Shown here piece after piece: positions 37,554 to 46,810 of a DNA stretch of 57,438 nt (within the stretch, counting starts at the first letter, position 1; the number at the start of each line of letters is the position of its first letter). Source of the DNA: Bacteroidota bacterium (GTDB lineage Bacteria > Bacteroidota > Bacteroidia > AKYH767-A > OLB10); assembly GCA_046073825.1 (NCBI GenBank), contig JBJTMY010000265.1, positions 1 through 57,438 of the forward strand, read 5' to 3'. Below the pieces are notes generated by a model that was not told the origin of the DNA, ran no database searches, and saw nothing but the letters and a program-made list of their open reading frames with translations. The position numbers and the translations under genes are program-made.

Positions 37554-39662
37554 TTACTTAATAATCGATTTCTTAGTTATTGTGTTATTACCGAATGATA
37601 ATCGCACAAAGTAAACTCCACTTGCTAAATCATTATTCATAGTATACTGATGTTCGCCTTCTGGTAAGAAATCAGCAAATGAAGACATCAAACGGCCTTC
37701 CATATCCAACACTTCAATTTTTACATCTCCAGCTGCGGCCATTGTAAAATCTACATAGGTAATTCCTTTTGAAGGATTTGGATAAATATTCATATCAGCA
37801 GAAGAAGCATTTATTTCATTCACTCCTGAGATGGTTCCATTAAGGTTGATGTTATCGACGTAAATATTGTTAGAAGATTCGTGTGTAAATTCGAAACGGA
37901 AACGTACATTTGATTTATTATTAATTGTATTTCCGAAGCTTACTGTTTCTGTTCTCCATTGAGAAGCAGTAGGGATAAAATTTCCTGTGATGAATCCTGC
38001 TGTTGTTTGCAGTGGTAATCCCTGACGCGTGTAACGGACTGTCCATGTTTGACCGCAATTAAAAGAATAAGCAACTGCTAATTTATCTGTTGTGGTATCA
38101 CGCAAACCACATGCTAAGTCAAAGGTCATACTTGCATTAGTAACACCCGTTAAATTAAATGCAGGAGTTACAAATTCATCAGGACCTTTTTCGTTCGATT
38201 GATAACCTGTGGCGGTATTTAAGTAATTGTAAATATAAAGCGACTTACTTCCTTGCGAAGCTGCTGCAGAAGTGACAGCCCAAGTGTTTCCACCATTTGC
38301 ATTATATAGATAGTAATCGTTAAATGGCCAAGTGCCATTTTCAAATCCTTCATTAAATGGAATTACACTTGTAACGTTTGATGGAGTAACTATCACTTTT
38401 CCAGCTACCGTTTTAGAATTACTTCCAGCTGTATTATTAACTGTTAACGTTACATCATACACGCCTGGCGCAGTATACATAACCATTGGATTCGCAATCG
38501 TATCTGTTGATGGCGATCCTCCGTTAAACGTCCATGTACGAGATGTAACATCGCCACCCCATGAACCATCATTAAATTGAACACTACCACCAGCACAAAT
38601 CATCATCGGCTTTGGAATAAAATCAGCCACTGGCGCACATAACGTTGATGGAGTACCGTCAGTACCGGTAGCAATCAAATTCGACGTAGTCCATAAATTA
38701 TTTCTACCGCTCACTGCCGATGTTAAAGCTGCCTGCATACGTGCAACTTGACCAGCAGAGAACATATTCTGACAAGGACCATTGGTATAATCCATATAAT
38801 CGGTGAACATATCACCGTTAGGAGCATTGCCTGTACAATTAGAGACACTTGGCCAAGTAGGACAAGTAGAAAGGTTAGCAGCATATTGCGTGGGCGTATC
38901 ATTCACATAATCATTTCCGCAAGTTGCATCACCCCAAATATGGCGAAGGTTTAACCAATGACCCACTTCATGCGTAGCTGTTCGGCCTGCACCTTGTGAA
39001 CTAGCTGCTGCACCAATTGTTCCCATATAATCATACTTTATTACCACACCATCGGTTGAATCTGCTCCTCCTGGAAATTGAGCGAAACCGATAACTGTTC
39101 CTGGAGAACCATTTACATTTGCTATACTATTTACTACCCAAATATTTAGATACTTATCGCGTGGCCAGCAACGCAAAGACTTTACATTGTTACGAGCATT
39201 GTATGTTAGAGGCGAATAAATTCTAGTCACCCCATCCGTACAATTACCATCAGGATCTAGCTGAGCCAAGCGAAATTCTATTCCTGCATTACCTGCTAAG
39301 GGTTGGAAAACGGCAGGGGTATTTACCGTATCAGGGTTTAATCGCTGGTAATCTTCATTTAACACACGAATCTGATCTTCAATTTGTGCTTTACTGATAT
39401 TTTCTGCTCCGCCATAATGCACTACATGCACTACTACAGGAATTACTTTAACAACGCTAGCAGCCCGAGCAGCCGCTCCGCTATTCACAAAATCTTGCGT
39501 ATAAGTTTCTAATTCTTCACGATTGCGAAGAACCTGAGGGTCTTTAGCCGCAGCCTCTTGAAACATAATTTCTGCGTGGCACTTATCATTCGACAATTGC
39601 GCGTTTCCATTTTTTTGCAAGCCGAAGCACAAAAGGGCAGCAACAAACAAGAACTTTTTCAT
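37554..39662 (-). CDS. M43 zinc metalloprotease paralog with PKD, jelly-roll module and T9SS CTD
   Basis: IPVVVHV, YLNIWVV, HEVGHWLNLRH, DYMDY, IYPNPS...GVYFV CTD. Confidence 0.93.
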   Translation of the reverse strand: MKKFLFVAALLCFGLQKNGNAQLSNDKCHAEIMFQEAAAKDPQVLRNREELETYTQDFVNSGAAARAASVVKVIPVVVHVVHYGGAENISKAQIEDQIRVLNEDYQRLNPDTVNTPAVFQPLAGNAGIEFRLAQLDPDGNCTDGVTRIYSPLTYNARNNVKSLRCWPRDKYLNIWVVNSIANVNGSPGTVIGFAQFPGGADSTDGVVIKYDYMGTIGAAASSQGAGRTATHEVGHWLNLRHIWGDATCGNDYVNDTPTQYAANLSTCPTWPSVSNCTGNAPNGDMFTDYMDYTNGPCQNMFSAGQVARMQAALTSAVSGRNNLWTTSNLIATGTDGTPSTLCAPVADFIPKPMMICAGGSVQFNDGSWGGDVTSRTWTFNGGSPSTDTIANPMVMYTAPGVYDVTLTVNNTAGSNSKTVAGKVIVTPSNVTSVIPFNEGFENGTWPFNDYYLYNANGGNTWAVTSAAASQGSKSLYIYNYLNTATGYQSNEKGPDEFVTPAFNLTGVTNASMTFDLACGLRDTTTDKLAVAYSFNCGQTWTVRYTRQGLPLQTTAGFITGNFIPTASQWRTETVSFGNTINNKSNVRFRFEFTHESSNNIYVDNINLNGTISGVNEINASSADMNIYPNPSKGITYVDFTMAAAGDVKIEVLDMEGRLMSSFADFLPEGEHQYTMNNDLASGVYFVRLSFGNNTITKKSIIK

Positions 39663-39727
39663 AGTAAGGGAATCTGATGTTTTGAGTTGGCTAATTTACG
39701 AAAATTAGCGACTTTCTCCTAAAATGC

Positions 39728-39762
39728 AAATGCCCCATAGCAATGAGCTACAGGGCAATTTT
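39728..39762 (-). terminator. Terminator-like hairpin after the DUF349 gene
   Basis: TGCCC-CA-TAGC-AATGA-GCTA-CA-GGGCA imperfect inverted repeat. Confidence 0.55.
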
Positions 39763-39783
39763 ACAATCCAATTATAAACTATT

Positions 39784-41751
39784 TTATACGTTTCTTAGCT
39801 CATTCATTTTAGCTTTTAACTTGGTAATTTCCTCTTTTGCCTTTTGAATTTTTTGTTCGTACTCTTCCCGTAGTGCACTCGCATTTTTTGAGTTGGCAAA
39901 GAACCCTAAGTTATTCTCAAGAAGTTGAACCTCAGAACTTAATTTCTCCATTTTTGATTTCAGGTTACGGGAATCGTCCCCTCCTTTCTGCTCATTATTT
40001 CTTGGAGCACGATCTTGGCGCTCTGGGCGATCTTGACGCGGGCGGAAAGCCTGTTTGTATTCTGGTTTTGATTTTAAAGCATTAAAGTGTTCTTGAATTG
40101 CATTTCTAAATCGTGTTTGAATTGCTTCTTTTTCTTTAATTGGGACTAAGCCAATCTCTGTAAAAGAACGTTGAAACACTTTTAGTTGCTCAATTGCTTC
40201 ATTCGCATCTTCCGGAATTTTATATTGTTCCACTTCCGATATCAATGCCATTTTCTTTTGAAGGTTGTCCCCTTGCTGAGCATCCTGCACAGCAAAATGA
40301 GCGGTTTTACGAGCAAAAAATTCATCGCTTACCGATTTAAATCGCTGCCAAATCTTATCATTTTTATCGCCAGCTGGTCCAATCTTCTTCCACTCTTGTT
40401 GTAAACGAATTAACTCTTGTGTAGTAGCTTTCCAATCATTACTATCTTTTAAGGCTTCTGCTAAAACACATAAATCTGTTTTTAACTGAAGGTTATTGGC
40501 AAATTCTTGCTTTTTATTCTTGTAGTAATTGTCTTTATTTTTAAAAAAGTGATCACAGGTAGTTTTGAATTCATTCCAAATTGTTTCATTACTTTCCTTA
40601 GGCGTTGGACCAATCTTTCTCCACTCAGTTTGTAAATCTAATAATCGCTGTAAGGCTTCTTGCCAAGCAGTATGCTTATCGTGGCTTTCACTAACAATCG
40701 ATTTTGCTTTTTCTAAGAGGGCTGTTTTTGCTACTAAATTCGATTCAAATTGCTTTTGCTGTGCTTCAGAATACTGACGCTTATTTTCGAAAATTTTATC
40801 GACAGCTTCTTTAAATCGCACCCAAATTTCTGTTCTTTTTTCTCGAGGAACACCACCTATTTCTCTCCATTTATTTTGTAATACTTGTGATTCTTGTATT
40901 GCCTTATTTAATGAAGGTTCTAACATCAACTCCTCAGCCCGTTCACATAATTGAATTTTCATTTCAAGATTTTTCTTCATTTCTAAATCTTGTAACTCAC
41001 GATTCAACTTAATAAATTCAAAGAAACGATCGCTATATAACTTGTAGGTCATCCATAAGTCGTTAGCATTTTGAGGCGGAACAGGACCAACTGCTCTCCA
41101 TTTCGCTTGCAGCTCGTGAAATTCATTAAAAGCCTTCGACATATCCTCTTCTTTTTGCAAAATATTTTTCATTTGCAGAAGGATGTCATTCTTCAGTTTT
41201 ACGTTGGCTTGACGGATTTTTTCTTGCCCTAAAACATAATCCGAACGGCGCTTTTGATAATGCTTGTAAGCATCAAAAAATTTAATTTCCAATTGATCCT
41301 GGTAGTCAAATTCTTCTTTTACTCCGCCTTCTTCTAAAAATTTTGCAAGGGCAACACTTTTTTCTTGTTGTACAATGCCTTGAAAAGTATCACGGGCGGC
41401 ATTAACCCTATTTTTTACAGCATTCACATTTTCATGCTTGCTGTATGTTTCCATTTTTTCTACTAGCTCTTGTTTAGATAACTGAGAAAAATCTTCATCA
41501 GGTTCAACTTCTGTTTCTTCAATTACTTCAACTGGCATTTCATTTAAGTGGGCCTCTTCCGCCTGAACTTCTGGTTGAATTTCTTCTACCCCAGAGTTAG
41601 TCTCTGCCGAGGCTTCTAATGTTGTCACTGTTTCTTCTACAGTATTTTCTTCCATTACAGGAGAAGAATTTTCGTTCTCCATTTCTTGACCTTGATTAAG
41701 GTTCTGTGATGCATCATCTTGATGCTCCATGCTTGCAGGATTCTGATCCAT
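39784..41751 (-). CDS. DUF349 repeat protein
   Basis: Five helical repeats of type LQxxW(R/K)xxGxxP...W..F...F; acidic disordered N-terminus. Confidence 0.92.
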   Translation of the reverse strand: MDQNPASMEHQDDASQNLNQGQEMENENSSPVMEENTVEETVTTLEASAETNSGVEEIQPEVQAEEAHLNEMPVEVIEETEVEPDEDFSQLSKQELVEKMETYSKHENVNAVKNRVNAARDTFQGIVQQEKSVALAKFLEEGGVKEEFDYQDQLEIKFFDAYKHYQKRRSDYVLGQEKIRQANVKLKNDILLQMKNILQKEEDMSKAFNEFHELQAKWRAVGPVPPQNANDLWMTYKLYSDRFFEFIKLNRELQDLEMKKNLEMKIQLCERAEELMLEPSLNKAIQESQVLQNKWREIGGVPREKRTEIWVRFKEAVDKIFENKRQYSEAQQKQFESNLVAKTALLEKAKSIVSESHDKHTAWQEALQRLLDLQTEWRKIGPTPKESNETIWNEFKTTCDHFFKNKDNYYKNKKQEFANNLQLKTDLCVLAEALKDSNDWKATTQELIRLQQEWKKIGPAGDKNDKIWQRFKSVSDEFFARKTAHFAVQDAQQGDNLQKKMALISEVEQYKIPEDANEAIEQLKVFQRSFTEIGLVPIKEKEAIQTRFRNAIQEHFNALKSKPEYKQAFRPRQDRPERQDRAPRNNEQKGGDDSRNLKSKMEKLSSEVQLLENNLGFFANSKNASALREEYEQKIQKAKEEITKLKAKMNELRNV

Positions 41752-41925
41752 GTTAAAAATTTGTTTAGTACAACTGGTTGCCCAGTTCTAAGGGTTAATT
41801 GACTTTAATTTATTAGATACACTTTTAGTACGAATCTTTCTATAAGGGGCAAATATACCCACAGTTGATAAAAAACGTTGCCTTTATACGTGAGCGTTGT
41901 AAAAAGGTTGGTGAATGTCCGTTTT

Positions 41926-42516
41926 TTATACCTCGTCTCGATGAAGCCACTGTGGAATAGGAGGGGATATATAATGATTGAGTTTATTCATCAATTTATG
42001 AAAGTCGCTTTCCATTTGCAATATATGTTGATGGACCGGAGCTACAAATCCGTTTTCTCGCATAGAGTTAATAAAAGTAATCAACCCATCATAATATCCT
42101 TCTGTATTTAATATTCCTACTGGCTTTTGATGTAATCCTAATTGCGCCCATGTTAATATTTCGAATAACTCATCCAATGTTCCATAACCACCTGGCAAGG
42201 CCACAATGGCATCACACATTTCACTCATCATTAATTTTCGCTCATGCATAGAATTAACGACATGTGTAGTTGTTAAATTTTCATGAATAATTTCTTTAAC
42301 AGATAAAAATTTTGGAATCACCCCCGTAATTTCTCCTCCCTTAGATAAAACGCCATCGGCAACTGCACCCATTACACCAATCATTGCACCACCGTAAACA
42401 ACTTTAATTTGTTGCTCTGCCAGGTATTGTCCAAATAAAAAGGCTTGTTCTTTATATTGGGGATTTACACCTTCTTTTGATCCGCAAAAAACCAACAGTG
42501 AATTTATTTTTCTCAT
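41926..42516 (-). CDS. LOG-family (TIGR00730) nucleotide phosphoribohydrolase
   Basis: VFCGS, VYGG, MHERK, PGGYGTLDELFE. Confidence 0.95.
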   Translation of the reverse strand: MRKINSLLVFCGSKEGVNPQYKEQAFLFGQYLAEQQIKVVYGGAMIGVMGAVADGVLSKGGEITGVIPKFLSVKEIIHENLTTTHVVNSMHERKLMMSEMCDAIVALPGGYGTLDELFEILTWAQLGLHQKPVGILNTEGYYDGLITFINSMRENGFVAPVHQHILQMESDFHKLMNKLNHYISPPIPQWLHRDEV

Positions 42517-42517
42517 C

Positions 42518-45202
42518 TTATTGAATAATGATTGTACTTGATCCTAAATTAGTACTTCCTTCTAACTTTATATAATAAAGACCTTTTGATTCATTTAACT
42601 GAATGGTGGTTAAATCGCCTGCATCCATTATTTCTTGCTTTACTACTTTCCCTAAAACATCCAAAATGGTCATCTTTAATTTTTGTTTTTCAACATCTCG
42701 TAAATCGATTGTAAAGATTCCATGGTTAATTGTTGGAAATATACTGATTTTATTCTGGGAAGTCGCTGATGTAGGAAGTCCAGTAAGAGCTGTTAAATCT
42801 GTTTCCCAAATACCCCTACCAAATGTAGAAACATAAATTTTATTTTTCACCTGGTTAAATTCAATGTCAGTGGTAATCACATTAGGTAATCCCTGACTAT
42901 ATAAAATCCAATTCATCGAAGCTGAATCTAACTTGTAAATTCCAATATCGGTGGCGGCCAACAGCATAGGTGTACCTGGAACATTTTTTATACAATTAAC
43001 TGGAAGATTAGGCAAGTTGTAGGTGATGTTTTGCCATGTTAATCCGTTGTTATCACTTTTAAATACTTTTTGTCCATTAACAAATCCTGCCATCGAAACA
43101 TAAATTGTGTTAGATTGACTTCGATTTACTTCAACTGAAGTATAATACAATGAGTCGGGCAAACCTAATGTACGATCGTTCCAACTTGCACCACCATTTG
43201 TTGTTACATACAAAGCTCCCGGTTCATTGTATTCATAACGAACACGTCTAGCCGCAACAATAACATTCGGATTGTTTTGCCCAATTGCTAGCGCCGACAA
43301 CTCTACTGCAGTACCTGTTTGCGTAGTAAAATTAGAAATGCTTTGCCAGGTGTTTCCATTATCAACTGACTTGACAACATTTTGAAAACCAACATAAAAT
43401 GTTCCTGGGTTAGCATAATCTGCTACAACTGGAGTCGTCCATTCCGCCAATTCACTATTGATATTCGGATAAAATCCCTGGCTAGATAGTCCATTATCCG
43501 TAGAATAATAAAAGCCTCCGTATTGACTGCTTCCTAATACAACATTATCATCCATTGGATCTAAATAATTATCCATCCCATCTCCACCAAAAACACAAGA
43601 CCAGGCATTGCCATCAAAATAAAAAGTAGAATTATCTTGCGCACCAGCCACTATTCGACCAGTAAGATTTTTTGAACTCGATACTCGATAAAAAGAGGTT
43701 ACTCCTAAGCCATAGCCAAGGTTTGTCCATTGAGTAGGCCAAGGTGTTCCACTATTGGCATCGTTCCACGATTGACTAATAATATTTGTAGTTCGTGATA
43801 TTCCACCATCATTGCATACAAACACATTTCCTGTTAGAGGCTGCTGTTTGATTGCATGCACATCTGCATGAATGGTAGGACCATAACTAGTTGTCCAATG
43901 ACTTACAGGATTAAATGTTTGTCCACCATCTATGCTCTCCCATATATTTATACCACCAACATATACTTCATCTTTATTCGTTTGATTTACGCATAATGCT
44001 AAATCATACGTTCCTTGACCACCACTTCCAGTCCCGTCGCCATAATCCAATAGATTTAAACCCACATTCATGTTCGTCCAAGTAGTTCCTGCATTAGTTG
44101 ATTTATACAAACCTTCCATACCACTGTTTGCATCTACCGTTAGCGCATAAATACAATTGGGATCGTTTGGAGCAATACAAATTTTTATTCGTTGAATATA
44201 TCCTGTTGCAGGAAATCCAGTGTTTAACACTGACCATGTTTGTCCGAAATCGGATGATTTATAAATGGCCGCACTACCTATACCTGCATTGCGCACCCAG
44301 CCACTAGCAGCATACAAAATTGTGGGCGTTACTGGATCTTGTACCATATCCCACATTAACGAATCCAGCGTTTTATTCCATGTTTGTCCTGCATCATTAC
44401 TTGCATAAACACCATTCACTCCGCAGGCTATAACTTTATTTGAATTATTCGGATGAATAAGTATTTTTCTTATTAATGAAGCATCGCCTTGCTGCAGTGT
44501 AAATCCTAATCCTGTTGAATTCCAAGTTAATCCTCCATCCGTCGTTTTATAAACGCCAAGTCCATAATGCGTATTTCTTTTTTTACCATTTAAGAATAAA
44601 CCTATGCCGATGTATTCATAATCACAAAGTGAAATATACATGACATTAGGATTATTCGCATCAATTTCGATATCACTGACACGTGTAATTGGTAGTTGAT
44701 CCGTGAGCGGCATCCACGTTTGTCCATTATCAGAAGTTTTCCATACACCACCTTGAGCAACACCTACGAAATAAGTATTAGGATCAGTTGGATGAAAAGC
44801 AATGCAATTAATTCTACCAATGCCATTCTCCATATATCCAGTTAAGTTATTAGGAATGACATAAGGACCAACTGGCAACCAATTTCCTGAAGTAATTCGA
44901 TTGAGCGCATTGGAATTTTTTTGATGAGAGGCATCGACTAATGCTTGCAAATAATTTGTAGATGAAACAGTATTCCCACTTGCATCGGTATGTAAATAAA
45001 TTTCTGAAGCTAATCGTCTGTACGACTTCCAACCTTTTATTTTTGAAATATCCGTTTTCGATTTCCAATCATTAAATTGCTTTTCCGCCTCAAGAAAAGT
45101 AATACCTGAATTGCTTTGTTTTTGTAAAAATGGTTGAGAATAAGAAGGAGTATTTAAAATAAATAGGAGAAGAAATAATATAATTCGTTTCATTGTTTCC
45201 AT
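42518..45202 (-). CDS. BNR/Asp-box (VPS10-like) beta-propeller protein with T9SS CTD
   Basis: Repeated SxDxGxTW boxes, IHADVH, GAQDN, STFGRGIW, C-terminal GLYYIKL; start 45202 or 45193 gives a signal peptide. Confidence 0.88.
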   Translation of the reverse strand: METMKRIILFLLLFILNTPSYSQPFLQKQSNSGITFLEAEKQFNDWKSKTDISKIKGWKSYRRLASEIYLHTDASGNTVSSTNYLQALVDASHQKNSNALNRITSGNWLPVGPYVIPNNLTGYMENGIGRINCIAFHPTDPNTYFVGVAQGGVWKTSDNGQTWMPLTDQLPITRVSDIEIDANNPNVMYISLCDYEYIGIGLFLNGKKRNTHYGLGVYKTTDGGLTWNSTGLGFTLQQGDASLIRKILIHPNNSNKVIACGVNGVYASNDAGQTWNKTLDSLMWDMVQDPVTPTILYAASGWVRNAGIGSAAIYKSSDFGQTWSVLNTGFPATGYIQRIKICIAPNDPNCIYALTVDANSGMEGLYKSTNAGTTWTNMNVGLNLLDYGDGTGSGGQGTYDLALCVNQTNKDEVYVGGINIWESIDGGQTFNPVSHWTTSYGPTIHADVHAIKQQPLTGNVFVCNDGGISRTTNIISQSWNDANSGTPWPTQWTNLGYGLGVTSFYRVSSSKNLTGRIVAGAQDNSTFYFDGNAWSCVFGGDGMDNYLDPMDDNVVLGSSQYGGFYYSTDNGLSSQGFYPNINSELAEWTTPVVADYANPGTFYVGFQNVVKSVDNGNTWQSISNFTTQTGTAVELSALAIGQNNPNVIVAARRVRYEYNEPGALYVTTNGGASWNDRTLGLPDSLYYTSVEVNRSQSNTIYVSMAGFVNGQKVFKSDNNGLTWQNITYNLPNLPVNCIKNVPGTPMLLAATDIGIYKLDSASMNWILYSQGLPNVITTDIEFNQVKNKIYVSTFGRGIWETDLTALTGLPTSATSQNKISIFPTINHGIFTIDLRDVEKQKLKMTILDVLGKVVKQEIMDAGDLTTIQLNESKGLYYIKLEGSTNLGSSTIIIQ

Positions 45203-45206
45203 ACAA

Positions 45207-45659
45207 TTATACGCCAAATTGACGGAGGTGATGATCAAGATGTTTATACATACCAATTCCCCATTGTTCAGGAGTTAAATGACCAAAAAAACCATGCGGC
45301 GCTTTCGTACATTTTGATGGACCATTATTTGAAAATGTTTGGATGTGTTGAATTAATTGATTCTTCTCGTTTTCAAAATCATAATCTCCCTTCATTAAAA
45401 ATAAATCAGCGGTTGCCCAATTTTTTTCAAATGGCTTCTCATTATAAAAAGTTGCTTTAAACAATGGTCCTAACAAGTAACCGATAAAAACGCGTTTAAC
45501 TGTTTTTTGTCCCATTGCCACTTCAACACCAACTTTACAATGTGCGAGCATTTGAGAAACATTCATTTTACCCCACAATTGTTCTGAAACAGGTGTTAAA
45601 TTATGAAGACGATTTATTAATTCTTCACAAACAGACTTATCATATAAAGACTTTACCAT
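45207..45659 (-). CDS. DUF1569 (DinB-like) protein
   Basis: WGKMNVSQMLAHC; HGFFG.LT..QW...YKHLDHHLRQFG. Confidence 0.9.
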   Translation of the reverse strand: MVKSLYDKSVCEELINRLHNLTPVSEQLWGKMNVSQMLAHCKVGVEVAMGQKTVKRVFIGYLLGPLFKATFYNEKPFEKNWATADLFLMKGDYDFENEKNQLIQHIQTFSNNGPSKCTKAPHGFFGHLTPEQWGIGMYKHLDHHLRQFGV

Positions 45660-45719
45660 AGCATTTAGTTTATCCTACAAAGTTACTTTTAATTTATGGT
45701 ATTTAATCTATGTTATTAA

Positions 45720-46349
45720 TTAATCGTGAAAGCCTTTTCCTGAAACTATCTTAGGAATATATTTCTGGATTCTTGATGTACGCGTTGCTGATTGTTTAGC
45801 CCCAGAAAAAAATAATAAATAACCACGTTGTCGTCCTGGTGTTAACTTAAAAAATGCTTGTTCGAATTGTGCATTCTTATCAAAAATAGATTGCAACTCA
45901 GGTAATATTTCTAGCTCTTTTTTTGCAGATGTCAAAACTTTTTTACCCGACTTTTCTATCGCAATTGCTTCTTGAATATACTTACGAATCTCTTTTTCCT
46001 GTTTTATAATTTGACTAACGCTAGTAAATCTAATCTGACGAACTGTATTTGAATTTTCACCTGGACTTACTAATAATTTTTTTTCGTCATTCAATAAAGC
46101 TCCTTTAAAAAAGGCTAAGCAACAAAATTCTTTATAAGCACTTAGCATGATAACATTTTTAGTGTTAAACGTGTAGCAAGGCATACTCCATTTTAATTCT
46201 TCTGTTAATTCACTTTTGAGAATGAGCTCTCTTAAATAGACTAATTCATTCGACCAAGTATGTACCCTACATTCCGGTGTCTGAAATAATTTACATCGAC
46301 CGCAGCCTTCCGTTAGGTATTGATTAATTGAATTAATTTTAGTTGCCAT
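45720..46349 (-). CDS. YdeI/OmpD-associated family protein (DUF1801 plus OmdA)
   Basis: GCGRC, EELKWSMPCY, FFKGALL, LTPGRQRGY...AKQSATRTSRI. Confidence 0.9.
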   Translation of the reverse strand: MATKINSINQYLTEGCGRCKLFQTPECRVHTWSNELVYLRELILKSELTEELKWSMPCYTFNTKNVIMLSAYKEFCCLAFFKGALLNDEKKLLVSPGENSNTVRQIRFTSVSQIIKQEKEIRKYIQEAIAIEKSGKKVLTSAKKELEILPELQSIFDKNAQFEQAFFKLTPGRQRGYLLFFSGAKQSATRTSRIQKYIPKIVSGKGFHD

Positions 46350-46411
46350 TATTTGTTAATTACAATGGCAAAAATAGAAATAGAACGGATTGAAACAACT
46401 CTTCAAAAATA

Positions 46412-46810
46412 TTATTCCATCGGATAAGTTTCGATGATACTTTTTAATTTTTCAATAGTTAAAGTTTTTTCAATAAAACCAGTAACGATTGGATAGGCCA
46501 GAGATTTTTCTTTATCTCGCTCGGCGAGTGAAGAACTTAAAACATAAATGCGCAAGTCTTTAAATTTTTCGATGGGATAATTCATCAAAGCGTCTAAATA
46601 TTCAAAGCCATCCATTTCTGGCATGCGAATGTCAAGAAACAAAAAGTGAGGCATCTCTCCTTTTCCTTCCAATGCTTCTTCTAAAAATTGTAATCCTTCA
46701 GGACTTGCATTGAATAAATCAATGTGTGCACTTGAATCAACTGTTTTTATAACCTCTGTATGCAAGAAGTTAAAAATAGTGTCATCATCAACTAATAAGT
46801 ATCTTCTCAT
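46412..46810 (-). CDS. Single-domain response regulator
   Basis: LLVDDD, FLDIRMPEMDGF, LSSS, EK. Confidence 0.92.
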   Translation of the reverse strand: MRRYLLVDDDTIFNFLHTEVIKTVDSSAHIDLFNASPEGLQFLEEALEGKGEMPHFLFLDIRMPEMDGFEYLDALMNYPIEKFKDLRIYVLSSSLAERDKEKSLAYPIVTGFIEKTLTIEKLKSIIETYPME

